From: an uncultured Gammaproteobacteria bacterium
GTDB taxonomy: Bacteria; Patescibacteriota; Microgenomatia; Levybacterales; UBA12049
Reading direction: 5' to 3'
Assembly: GCA_964474445.1 (NCBI GenBank)
Contig: CAYYSJ010000001.1
Location: 270,530 to 334,529 of the forward strand
DNA: 64,000 bases
Shown here: positions 20,806 to 30,416 of the stretch, one piece after another
Position numbering within the stretch: position 1 is the first letter of the stretch
Layout of the letters: the number at the start of each line of letters is the position of its first letter
Program-made: the position numbers and the translations under genes
The notes under the pieces: model-generated
Told to the model about the DNA's origin: nothing
The model's input: only the letters and a program-made list of their open reading frames with translations
Databases searched by the model: none

Positions 20806-22080
20806 TTAGGGGATAAATGATTTGAAGAATTCTAGGATTTTCTTTCCCAATTTTCCCGAGGGAAGACCAGGAAGTTTTGGCAATCCAATACTAAAGGATG
20901 TCGATGCAGGAGTCTCTTTTACCCCATACATCAAAAGTCCCACTGCTGTTGAGAATGCAGGATCCTGAACTTCATCAATAATTCCTTTGAGTCCAGAAGG
21001 CACACCAACTCTTACAGGCATAGCAAGAGTTCGTTTTGCTGATTCAACAATACCAACAGTGCGTGCTCCTCCACCGGTTACAACAACACCAGCTGGCGTC
21101 TGACCACCCCAACTCGATTTTTTTAGCTCAAGTCCAACCATGGTAAATATTTCATTGAGTCTCGGACGAATAATTCCCTCAACAAGTGTTTTCTGAGAAA
21201 CTTTCTTTAAATCTTCAGGTAAATTAAGTTGTGTCAGGTCTAACTCATCACTGGGTCGTCTTTCCTCATCTGAAACTGGTTTTCTTTTATGAGGGTCTGA
21301 TAAAAAGAGTTTGATTTTTTCTGCAGACTCTAAAGAAATGCGAAGGCCAATTGCCAAATCATTGGTGATATGTCGTGCACCAATCGGCAAAACACTGGAA
21401 TGAGCAACAGCTCCATCAACCCAGATGGAAATATCTGTTGTCCCAGCACCTATATCAACTAACACAACACCTAATTCTTTTTCTGTTTCGGATAGAACAG
21501 CCATTGAAGATGCATATCCAGAAAACACCACAGCTGAAGCATCAACGCCTACCTCCGTGAGCGCTTTTTCAAGATTGCGTAAAGAGGTCGTACCTGCTGA
21601 GATAAGATGTGTTTCAACTTCAAGCCTCACTCCTGTCATCCCCACAGGAGCTTTAATACCCTCCTGTCCATCCACAGTATAGCTTCGTGGGAGTATATGG
21701 ATAATTTCTCGAGAAGATGGGAAAGAAACAGCCTTTGCAGCATCAATAACACGCACTAAATCGTTTTCACTAATTTCTCCTTCTGGTTGAGAAACAGCAA
21801 CAACACCTCGTGAATTTTGAGACTCAATATGTGACCCACTAATTGATGCAACAACTTTACTTGCCGAATACCCGGCCATTCTTTCTGATGCTTCTAACGA
21901 TGCGTTAATTGCCCTTACTGCATCTTCAATGGCAACAATTTGTCCTTTTTTAATCCCTGAAGAGGCAGTTTCTGATACACCAAGAATATTTAATACATTC
22001 TCTTCGCTTACTTTTGCTATTAGGGTAACAATTTTTGCGGTACCAATATCAATTCCAACTAGTATTTTATTATCAGCCAT
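20806..22080 (-). CDS. ftsA: Cell division protein FtsA
   Basis: GIDIGTAKI, PVGMTGVRLE, LVDIGAGTT, VTGGGA; upstream of ftsZ. Confidence 0.98.
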   Translation of the reverse strand: MADNKILVGIDIGTAKIVTLIAKVSEENVLNILGVSETASSGIKKGQIVAIEDAVRAINASLEASERMAGYSASKVVASISGSHIESQNSRGVVAVSQPEGEISENDLVRVIDAAKAVSFPSSREIIHILPRSYTVDGQEGIKAPVGMTGVRLEVETHLISAGTTSLRNLEKALTEVGVDASAVVFSGYASSMAVLSETEKELGVVLVDIGAGTTDISIWVDGAVAHSSVLPIGARHITNDLAIGLRISLESAEKIKLFLSDPHKRKPVSDEERRPSDELDLTQLNLPEDLKKVSQKTLVEGIIRPRLNEIFTMVGLELKKSSWGGQTPAGVVVTGGGARTVGIVESAKRTLAMPVRVGVPSGLKGIIDEVQDPAFSTAVGLLMYGVKETPASTSFSIGLPKLPGLPSGKLGKKILEFFKSFIP

Positions 22081-22083
22081 ATC

Positions 22084-22512
22084 TTAGAATGTTGCGAACG
22101 GTTTTTCAAAACGAAAATCCAGTTTTTTAAACTGCTTTCCTTCTATTGTAAGTTGAGACAAAGTTAGTTGTAAAGAGGTTAATTGTTTTTGTAAGTCTTT
22201 CTGGGACGAGAGGAGAATACTACTACCATTATCAAGCGTTATGGTAACACCGCCCTGGCTTTCTGAAATATTGCTACAGGGAATTTTATTTTCCTCGCAA
22301 AACGACTTTATAGTATATACGATACTATCCGTTGCCTTGTCGCCACTACTTCCGTAGCTTGCCAATGGACTGGTTACTCTCTCTCCTACAAGATATTTCC
22401 ATCCAAAAAGAAGCACACATAATAAAAGGGTACAGAGAAAAACACCGAATGAGATAAAGAGCCTTTGGAAGATTATACGATTTTTTCTTTTTTGGATACT
22501 GTCTTGGCGCAT
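22084..22512 (-). CDS. Truncated FtsQ/DivIB-like protein
   Basis: Basic N-terminus, TM, C-terminal LDFRF; position between murG and ftsA. Confidence 0.6.
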   Translation of the reverse strand: MRQDSIQKRKNRIIFQRLFISFGVFLCTLLLCVLLFGWKYLVGERVTSPLASYGSSGDKATDSIVYTIKSFCEENKIPCSNISESQGGVTITLDNGSSILLSSQKDLQKQLTSLQLTLSQLTIEGKQFKKLDFRFEKPFATF

Positions 22513-23594
22513 AATTGTATTACTGCAGCTATTTTCTCTGCTGCCTTGAGGTGAAGCTGTGCTTTGTCCGAAAGTCGAGCAGGATCTGTTGCCTTCATCC
22601 CCATCATAGCAGTAATTGCCTTTACAAAGCTACTTGGTGTCGCTGTTGATTGGTGCAAAATCATGCCAAGTCCTTCTTTTTCCAAAAGAAGCGCATTCTC
22701 AAGTTGTTCATTTTTTTGTCCAAATGTAAGGGGTATTAAGAGGCTTTTTTTCCCAAGTACTAAAAGCATGGTAATAGTATTAATACCTGACCGGGTCACG
22801 ACTCCATCTGCTTTGTCAAATATTCCCCATACTTCATCTGGAGGAATAAATTTGGCAACTTCGTAACGCTCCTGTAAATCTTTGGGCAATTGTTCTCTTG
22901 CATTTTGTAATGTAGCAAAGTCGCCAAAAAATGATGCATTTCCTGTTTGATGGAAAACTCGAAAATGAGCCAACAATTCTGGAAGGGATTGTCTTACTAA
23001 TTCATTGATAGCGTGAGAACCTGCACTACCACCAACAATTGCAAGAAGTGGTAATCTTCCAGTAGGCAATTTTACTGTTACTTTTTTGCTAAGTGGTAGG
23101 AGAGGATTGCCTGTCAAAAGAGATTTTTCTTTTGGAAAAAAGGCGAGAGACTGTTCCCAACTGACACAAATTTTTGTTGCAAAATGGGAGAGTATTTTGT
23201 TCGCCATTCCAGTTTTTAATATTTGCTCATGAATGACTAATGGTATCCCTACCAGTTTTGCTGCAAGGCCAACAGGAAATGAAATATACCCACCAAACCC
23301 TACAACAACGTCTGGTTTTTCTTTTTGTAAAATTCCCACTGCTTCCCATAGCCCTCGTGGTATTTTGAAAAGAGATTGCAGGGTATGGGGTGTGATAACA
23401 CGCTGAAGCCTTCCAGTAGTAAGAGAAATAAATGGTATTCCCATTTGACGTATTGTTTGATACTCAAGAGAATCACCTTTATCACCTTCAAAAGAATGTC
23501 TCCTTCCAACATAGACAACCTGGACATCTTTTGGCAATGCAGCAATAACTGCAAGTGCCGGTCCCATATGTCCTCCAGTAATAAGTACTTTCAT
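22473..23594 (-). CDS. murG: Lipid II GlcNAc transferase MurG
   Basis: TGGHMGPA, GFGGY, IHEQ, TGNP, GGSAGS, RSG, EQLENA. Confidence 0.96.
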   Translation of the reverse strand: MKVLITGGHMGPALAVIAALPKDVQVVYVGRRHSFEGDKGDSLEYQTIRQMGIPFISLTTGRLQRVITPHTLQSLFKIPRGLWEAVGILQKEKPDVVVGFGGYISFPVGLAAKLVGIPLVIHEQILKTGMANKILSHFATKICVSWEQSLAFFPKEKSLLTGNPLLPLSKKVTVKLPTGRLPLLAIVGGSAGSHAINELVRQSLPELLAHFRVFHQTGNASFFGDFATLQNAREQLPKDLQERYEVAKFIPPDEVWGIFDKADGVVTRSGINTITMLLVLGKKSLLIPLTFGQKNEQLENALLLEKEGLGMILHQSTATPSSFVKAITAMMGMKATDPARLSDKAQLHLKAAEKIAAVIQLCAKTVSKKEKIV

Positions 23595-23653
23595 AAAAAA
23601 AGTATAAAGGTTTTCGTGTGAAGTATAAAGGAGATAACATCTCCCGATATCAC

Positions 23654-24727
23654 CTATGTATGGCTTTGTCTTGCGATATTTAACAGTATCCCAACAGAGC
23701 ACAAATCAATAACGAGTGACGATCCTCCGTATGAAATAAACGGCAAAGGAACACCAGTTAAAGGAAGAACAGCCGTCTGTGCACCTAAATTAATAAGCAT
23801 CTGACTTCCTAAAAAAGCGGTTAATCCACCAGCAAGGAGTTTTCCAAAGGTGTCGTGAGACCTGATAGCAATATACATACCTCGCCAGATAACGGCAATA
23901 AGAAGCAGAATAAGAATAATACTACCAAAAAATCCTAACTCTTCGGCAATAATGGCAAAGATAGAATCAGTAGTATTCTCGGGTAAATATGCATATTTCT
24001 GTAAAGAATTCCCAATTCCTACCCCAAACATGCCTCCTGAGCCAAGCGCAATAAGAATCTGACGGACATGGTAGGATGTATTATTCACATCCTGAGATGC
24101 ATTAAAAAATGTTGTTAGGCGCTGTGCCCGATACGGCGCGAGCTTAATCAGGATAACTGCCAACACACCAACAACTGGAATACTCAGGATAAAATGCATA
24201 AGATTTCCTCCCGAAAGAAAATACAGAATCAATGCTTCACACATGATAATAATTGTTGTTCCCATATCTGGTTCAAGCATCACAAGACCTAAAACAAGGC
24301 CAATTAATAGTGCGAATGCCAGAAACCTTCCTTTTTCCTTTCTGCTAAACCACGCTGCAAGATAGATAGCTAGAGACAACTTTACAAATTCTGCAGGCTG
24401 TAAAACAAAAAGCCGCAAATTTATCCACCGATGCGCACCGAGTACTTTTACGCCAATTCCTGGAATAAAGACAGCAAGTAGAAGTCCAATCGCAGCAATA
24501 AGAAGTGGCATTGCCAAGTTATAAAATTTTTTATAATCAAACCAGGCAAAAAATCCCATTCCGATAAACCCAATAACCATCCAAATTGCCTGATCCTTAA
24601 TATAGTGGTACTTATTGCCAAAATCCCTGAATGAGATATAACTTGATGCGTCAAAAATAACAAACAGACCAAAAAGGGAAAGTAAAACAACCAGCCCGAG
24701 AAGGACAATATCAAGCCGTTTCATCAC
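23654..24727 (-). CDS. ftsW: SEDS peptidoglycan polymerase FtsW
   Basis: GAHRWI, QPAEFVK, EPDMGT, YLPE..TDSIF, TGVPLPFISYGGSS. Confidence 0.96.
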   Translation of the reverse strand: MMKRLDIVLLGLVVLLSLFGLFVIFDASSYISFRDFGNKYHYIKDQAIWMVIGFIGMGFFAWFDYKKFYNLAMPLLIAAIGLLLAVFIPGIGVKVLGAHRWINLRLFVLQPAEFVKLSLAIYLAAWFSRKEKGRFLAFALLIGLVLGLVMLEPDMGTTIIIMCEALILYFLSGGNLMHFILSIPVVGVLAVILIKLAPYRAQRLTTFFNASQDVNNTSYHVRQILIALGSGGMFGVGIGNSLQKYAYLPENTTDSIFAIIAEELGFFGSIILILLLIAVIWRGMYIAIRSHDTFGKLLAGGLTAFLGSQMLINLGAQTAVLPLTGVPLPFISYGGSSLVIDLCSVGILLNIARQSHT

Positions 24728-24802
24728 TTTAATAATAGTCTATTTTCAAGCTGAAAGGAATACAACAGAGAGAGAAGCTTGACTGAAGAAGTGCCCAATA
24801 TC

Positions 24803-25819
24803 CTAGTGAACAAATGCCATGTAAAGACCAATGACAGCAAAAATAAATCCTAAAAGCCATGCCCGCATAACAATTTTTGGTTCTTCCCATCCTCTTTTCA
24901 AAAAATACAAATGAAGTGGCGCAACAGGGAAAATTTTTCTTCCTAAAAATCTTTTTGCCAAAATCTGCAAAAGTGATGACCCAATCTCGAGAACAAATAC
25001 TCCTCCAATAATTGCAAGCGCAATAATTTTTCCTGTTAATAGACCAATAATTGCTAAGGTTGCACCAAGGGCAAGTGATCCAACGTCACCCAGCCAAAGA
25101 CGCGCTTTATAGATATTAAAGTACAAGAATGCGCCGACTGTTCCCATCAGAATAGCAATAAAAATACCAAGAGAAATATCAAGTTGAGCAGCAGAGATAG
25201 ACAAGAAAGCAAGAAGTGCTATCAGGAAAAGACCCGAGGCTAGTCCATCAAGTCCGTCTGTGATATTAAACGCATTGGTAAAAGAAACAATCACAAAAGC
25301 TGCAAATGGAATAAACAAGAATCCAAGACTTGCCAGTCCAATCCCTCGAATAAAAATAAAGTTATACCCAAGCTTATTATAGAGAAGTATTGCCAAAATA
25401 AAAGCCAACGCCCATTGAATTAAAAATTTATGTCTGAATCTGAGTCCAAAAAATGTTGCTTTGCCACTTTCCTTATGAACCAGTTTTTTAAAGTCATCAT
25501 ACAGTCCTAATAATCCAAATCCAACAAATCCACCAAGAAGAATTGTTAATTCCCAAGGGTTAATATTGACATTTAAAATGCCATATGCCCAAAGAGTAAG
25601 GATAGAAACAACCGTAATGATTAATGCTCCTCCACCAAAGGGAGTACCGACTTTCCATTCGTTAAGCTTATCAAATACTACCGTTCGTTTATTAAATAAA
25701 TCCTTTGTTATCTGTTTTTGTCTTTGCAGTTTTATCTTATATAAGAAGTCAATAAATGGCACCAGGAGTATTGCAGTAATAAAAAAAGACAGAATAGTAA
25801 GCCCCAAAAGCTGTGACAT
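24803..25819 (-). CDS. mraY: Phospho-N-acetylmuramoyl-pentapeptide transferase
   Basis: GTPFGGG, GLYDD, NITDGLDGL, LGDVGS, APLH. Confidence 0.96.
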   Translation of the reverse strand: MSQLLGLTILSFFITAILLVPFIDFLYKIKLQRQKQITKDLFNKRTVVFDKLNEWKVGTPFGGGALIITVVSILTLWAYGILNVNINPWELTILLGGFVGFGLLGLYDDFKKLVHKESGKATFFGLRFRHKFLIQWALAFILAILLYNKLGYNFIFIRGIGLASLGFLFIPFAAFVIVSFTNAFNITDGLDGLASGLFLIALLAFLSISAAQLDISLGIFIAILMGTVGAFLYFNIYKARLWLGDVGSLALGATLAIIGLLTGKIIALAIIGGVFVLEIGSSLLQILAKRFLGRKIFPVAPLHLYFLKRGWEEPKIVMRAWLLGFIFAVIGLYMAFVH

Positions 25820-25858
25820 ATTGGTTATTATACTCCAAGTTACGAAGCAAGTGCAAAC

Positions 25859-26875
25859 TCAGTACCCTTTTCTCAAGCGACTCAGAGTCTCAACAAGATA
25901 TGTTTTTAGATACCAAGGAGAGAGCGGCAAGTCTTGTGCGTGTAAAAATTCCCGCTTTTCTCCTCCAAATCCTGTTTTAAAAAGCGTTAATCCTGCCCAT
26001 GGGTGTTTTTTTGACTCATTTGATGCAATCCCCCAAAAATTGTACAGTTTTTTTCCTCTTTTTTTTGTTTCTTTGATCGCTTCCCATTGCAACAGATATG
26101 AGACAGACAAATGCCTGTAGGCATCATCACTAGCTCCATGGTGGTAAATTGCCATATTGCCGGCAAATGTAATAAGTGCGCCTCCAATGATTTTGCCTTC
26201 ATATTCAGCTAAGAAAAGCACTGCTTCTTTATCTCCCCCCAACCGTTCTAGCTCCTCCACCAGTCCCTTATGGGCAATAAATCCTCGTTGATGTGCAAGA
26301 CTATTATAGATTTCCAAAAAAGCAACAACATCCTTGTTTACTCGTTCTGTAGTAAAAATACGAATATGTTCCTTCTGAGATTTTTTGATAAGGTATCGAT
26401 GCGACTTTCTCATACCAGAAAGAATATCTTCTTCACGTTGTGTAATATCTAATACCCAACACACTTCCGCATCCATATTATGGATTGGCGAATTACGAAA
26501 TCCAAAGCTTTGCAACAATTTTTCTTCTTGCCCGTGTTTCTCAACAAGTGGACTCATTCGAATGAAATCATATCTTCCATCAGCAAGATCTTTTAGATAT
26601 GCAAGCAGCTTTTCTACATATGCTTTTTTATATTCAGCAAAAATTGGTCCATGTCTCAGATGTAAATAGTTACCTCGCTTTGCTTTTACAGAGACAACTT
26701 GCGCAATACCCACTAATGTTTCATTGTCATAGATACCTAAGCGATGTATACGAAACCCTAATGTTTGCTGCACTTCTCCCCAATTCCACGTTTGGAAAAA
26801 GGGGAAAAAGCCTTTGTAATGCTGAAGAAATGTATTCCAAATCGTTTTGCTCGTAACTTCTTTAATTTTTACCAT
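25859..26875 (-). CDS. FemABX-family aminoacyl-tRNA-dependent transferase
   Basis: FFQTWNWGE, HGP, YHHGAS, LLQWEAI, YNFWG, FKTGFGG. Confidence 0.92.
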   Translation of the reverse strand: MVKIKEVTSKTIWNTFLQHYKGFFPFFQTWNWGEVQQTLGFRIHRLGIYDNETLVGIAQVVSVKAKRGNYLHLRHGPIFAEYKKAYVEKLLAYLKDLADGRYDFIRMSPLVEKHGQEEKLLQSFGFRNSPIHNMDAEVCWVLDITQREEDILSGMRKSHRYLIKKSQKEHIRIFTTERVNKDVVAFLEIYNSLAHQRGFIAHKGLVEELERLGGDKEAVLFLAEYEGKIIGGALITFAGNMAIYHHGASDDAYRHLSVSYLLQWEAIKETKKRGKKLYNFWGIASNESKKHPWAGLTLFKTGFGGEKREFLHAQDLPLSPWYLKTYLVETLSRLRKGY

Positions 26876-28082
26876 ATGCTTTTACTATCTTAACAACTTT
26901 TTCTCTCTCTTTTCTAGAGAGCGTTGGATATGTCGGAAGATTGATAATATGTGCTGCGAGATACTCTGCCTTTGGACAATCCTTTTTGTAACCCACTTTT
27001 GATAGATTTGTTTCATGAGGATCGATAACATGAGCATACCAATCTCCTAAAAGGATTCCTGCATGTTTTGCAAGTTTTTTCAGGTGGGTAGGATGTCTTA
27101 CTAAGAGTGGGTAACGAAGCAACGGAATGCCTGGAAAATGCTTTCCTCCCACTTCGGATAGTTCTTGTGCATAAAATCCTGCTGTTTCTTCCCGATATGT
27201 ATTAAATCTATCCAGCCTTTTCAATTGAAGAAGCGCTAAATAAGCAAGTTGGGGAGGCAATTTTTTTGTAAAATTTGAAAAATGTCGTAGCTCGTTTTTT
27301 GTAACCGGTTTAGCAAGAAGATGAAGTTTTTGACATAACAGAAGAACTATTTTTCCAAGAAGTATGTTGTATAAAGGTAAAATGAGAAAGAAGAAGACTA
27401 CACTATGGAATAACTGCTGAAATATCCAGAAAGAGGATGGGTATTGTTGTTGGATATAGTATGCAGAAAGACGCTGTCCAATTTCCTTACTACTCGTTAT
27501 CACGACACCACCAGATACAGAGGAAAATGCCTTATCCCGTCCAAAACTAAAAACTGCTGCATCACCTATTGTTCCAAGCTTTCTTCCTTTGTACGTACTG
27601 CCAATCGCATGCGCAACATCTTCAATGACAAATAATTGCTTTTCCTTAAGAAATTTTTCTAACTCTGGTGTATAGGCAGGAATACCAAACGTATGTTGCA
27701 GAAGAATGGCTTTTGTTTTCTTTGTTACCTTTTTTTTCAAGTCGTCAACGTCAAGAGCAAAAGCATGGGTGATATCAACATAAACAGGTGTTGCACCAGT
27801 TGCTATGATGGCATGAGAAACAGCAACACAGGTAAATGCTTGCAGTATAACTTCATCTCCTTTTCCAATTCCCTGAATTTGTAAAAGTGTGGTTATTCCT
27901 CCTCGAGCAGAAACAAATGGGAACGCATACGGCACAGAGAAAAAATTGCAAAACCACTCAGTAAGTTTTTCATCTTCTTTTTCCTGAGAAACTTTTTTTG
28001 AAGAGAGGAGAAGCTGTAATGCAGCAATAGCATCTATTTTCTCCAAATTGGGCGCAAGCCCGAGTGCAATTGGTCTATTCAT
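26862..28082 (-). CDS. DegT/DnrJ/EryC1/StrS PLP aminotransferase
   Basis: GDEVILQAFTC, QHTFG, IEDVAHAIG, FSFGRDK, NLPT. Confidence 0.9.
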   Translation of the reverse strand: MNRPIALGLAPNLEKIDAIAALQLLLSSKKVSQEKEDEKLTEWFCNFFSVPYAFPFVSARGGITTLLQIQGIGKGDEVILQAFTCVAVSHAIIATGATPVYVDITHAFALDVDDLKKKVTKKTKAILLQHTFGIPAYTPELEKFLKEKQLFVIEDVAHAIGSTYKGRKLGTIGDAAVFSFGRDKAFSSVSGGVVITSSKEIGQRLSAYYIQQQYPSSFWIFQQLFHSVVFFFLILPLYNILLGKIVLLLCQKLHLLAKPVTKNELRHFSNFTKKLPPQLAYLALLQLKRLDRFNTYREETAGFYAQELSEVGGKHFPGIPLLRYPLLVRHPTHLKKLAKHAGILLGDWYAHVIDPHETNLSKVGYKKDCPKAEYLAAHIINLPTYPTLSRKEREKVVKIVKAYGKN

Positions 28083-29670
28083 ATACTTTTTTTAAAACAA
28101 CACCTGCTTCCTTTCCTTCAAAAACAATACAATCTCCTTTTTGGGGGAATCTCTTCAGTATATCTGTCAATTCTTCATATGTACCATAAATCAGTACCGC
28201 TTTTCCGTCTTTTGAACGAATACCTGTTTCAATATCTTTATAATAATTTTTATTTGTGACTAACAAATAATCAACATCTGCTAATACTTGTCCAATTTCT
28301 CTATGTCGCTTCGCTGCATGTTTTCCTAATTCAATGAGTGGAGTTAATATGAAAAATTTCTTAGTGGAAAAAAGATTCAGATAATTTGCTGCTGATATGA
28401 CAGATTCCGGGCTTGCATTAAATGTGTCATCCACTCCAATAACTCCACGAGGAAGATCAACTTTTTGTAATGTATGCGGGAGAGGATGAATGATGTTTAC
28501 CCCTTTTTGAATTTCCTTATCATTAAGACCAAAGTGTATCCCTAGATAAATTGCTGGAAGAATATTTTCTAAAACATGTTGGCCAATAAGATTTGTTTTC
28601 AAATGCATTGTTTGTTGTGCAAATGAGACACTGAAGAGAATACTGTCTGTTTTTAATGTAACATCATATGCAACTATGAAATTTTTTCTTGATAGCATGG
28701 GAGCATCTGCTACTTTAGTAAAGATCTTTTTTTGTTTTGTTTTTGTAGAAAGAAACGTAGTATTTTTATTGTTTGCATTAAAAATAGCAATACCATTTTT
28801 CGCCAATGCGTGAATCAACTCACTTTCTGAGGCAATGACATTTTCAAAATTTCCGTATAACGATAAATGTTGATCACTTACAGATGTTGTTACACTAATG
28901 TGAGGTTTTACCATTGTACATAATTGCGCGATCTCTCCTATTTTATATGCACCCATTTCTACAACAAAAAATTGCGTTGTTTCATCTATCTGTTTTAAGA
29001 TTGTTTTCGCAATACCAATAGGAGTGTTATTGGAAAGTGGCGTTTTTACGACTGAAAACTTCTGAGACAGTATTGTTGCAATTGCCTCTTTTGTAGAGCT
29101 TTTGCCATAACTGCCACTTACAGCAATGACTGTTAATTGTTTGCACTGTTTTATTTTTTTCTGGGCTTTTTGCATAAGATAATCCGTATAAATCTCCGAA
29201 GGGAATGACAACAAAAATACCCAAACGCTAACGACAAATGGAGTAATTCCTAACAAAATAAGTGTCCATAAGTACTTGTCTGTAAGCGGAAAGAAAAAAA
29301 GCACAGAAGTACTAACAAGACTTAATAAAATAATAAGGGCTGTCTTATAGGTAAAAATAGGACGTTTCAGTTTCCTATCAAGAATCTGTTTTCCAAAATC
29401 AAAAACAGAGAAAAGAAAAAATCCCAACACAAATACCTGAAAAAATGGAGCGAACCAATCAAAAAGGATAACGAATATATAAGATAGTATGATAAGGGTT
29501 CCACCAATTGTTGAAGAGGATGCAAAAAGTTTTTTCCCTTGATTTGTTTCACGTAAATGAACAAGTAACCTGTCCAATCGATATTCTTTATTTTGCCAAA
29601 GACCTGTCCAAAACAATATTTTTCTTAACGAAGCAAAGAGTAATACAACAAAAAGAAAAAGTAATAACAT
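28075..29670 (-). CDS. murF: MurF-like Mur ligase with N-terminal membrane domain
   Basis: About five N-terminal TM helices; SGSYGKSSTKE, NTPIG, EMGAYK.GEI, DDTFNASP, IELG. Confidence 0.85.
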   Translation of the reverse strand: MLLLFLFVVLLFASLRKILFWTGLWQNKEYRLDRLLVHLRETNQGKKLFASSSTIGGTLIILSYIFVILFDWFAPFFQVFVLGFFLFSVFDFGKQILDRKLKRPIFTYKTALIILLSLVSTSVLFFFPLTDKYLWTLILLGITPFVVSVWVFLLSFPSEIYTDYLMQKAQKKIKQCKQLTVIAVSGSYGKSSTKEAIATILSQKFSVVKTPLSNNTPIGIAKTILKQIDETTQFFVVEMGAYKIGEIAQLCTMVKPHISVTTSVSDQHLSLYGNFENVIASESELIHALAKNGIAIFNANNKNTTFLSTKTKQKKIFTKVADAPMLSRKNFIVAYDVTLKTDSILFSVSFAQQTMHLKTNLIGQHVLENILPAIYLGIHFGLNDKEIQKGVNIIHPLPHTLQKVDLPRGVIGVDDTFNASPESVISAANYLNLFSTKKFFILTPLIELGKHAAKRHREIGQVLADVDYLLVTNKNYYKDIETGIRSKDGKAVLIYGTYEELTDILKRFPQKGDCIVFEGKEAGVVLKKVYE

Positions 29671-29673
29671 AAT

Positions 29674-30381
29674 TTACTGTAAAAAATCCAATACATACTT
29701 TGCAAATACCGTTGGATTCTCATACGGCAATTTGTGTGAAGATGCAGGGATAGATGCAACAAGTGCATGCGGTATAAGCGTTGCAATACGTTGACCAACG
29801 GAAAACGGAACAAATGTATCTTTTTCACCCCAGATAATATAGGTTGGGACTGGTATATGAGGTAGTATATCTTTTAAATCTTCATGAATAATATGTTTAA
29901 ATGTTGCTTTTAGTTTTCCTGCTTTATAATAGTCCCACTCTCCCAAAACCTTATAAACTGATTTTGTCATGAATTGCTGAAAAGGAGCAGGCATACCTTC
30001 TATCACCTTTTTAACAGGTTTTACAAATACAGTAACAAGGCGTTTTTTCAAAGAAAGAGATTGCTTAATAAGAGGGGCACCGGTAAGAACAAGTTTCTCA
30101 ACAGAAGTTGGGTATTGGGCTGTAAATTTTGCAGCAACCCTTCCCCCAAAAGAATGCCCAATAAGAATTGCCTTTTGTATGTTCTTCTCTTTAAGATAAT
30201 TCTTTATAAAGAGCACATAATCATTAAGCACCATGGTTTTTTGTAATGGTTCACTGCCAAATCCCGGCATGTCTGGAGCAAAGACCGTATACCCTTGCTT
30301 TTCAAAGAGTGACTGGATTACTTGATAATCTTTGCCTGACTTTCCCCATCCATGTAAAATAACAATCACTTTTTTCATCAC
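29674..30381 (-). CDS. Alpha/beta hydrolase
   Basis: LHGWG, DMPGFG, GHSFGG nucleophile, WGEKD, SH. Confidence 0.92.
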   Translation of the reverse strand: MMKKVIVILHGWGKSGKDYQVIQSLFEKQGYTVFAPDMPGFGSEPLQKTMVLNDYVLFIKNYLKEKNIQKAILIGHSFGGRVAAKFTAQYPTSVEKLVLTGAPLIKQSLSLKKRLVTVFVKPVKKVIEGMPAPFQQFMTKSVYKVLGEWDYYKAGKLKATFKHIIHEDLKDILPHIPVPTYIIWGEKDTFVPFSVGQRIATLIPHALVASIPASSHKLPYENPTVFAKYVLDFLQ

Positions 30382-30416
30382 TATGAAAGATCCTCAAATA
30401 ATTAATAAAACACGTA

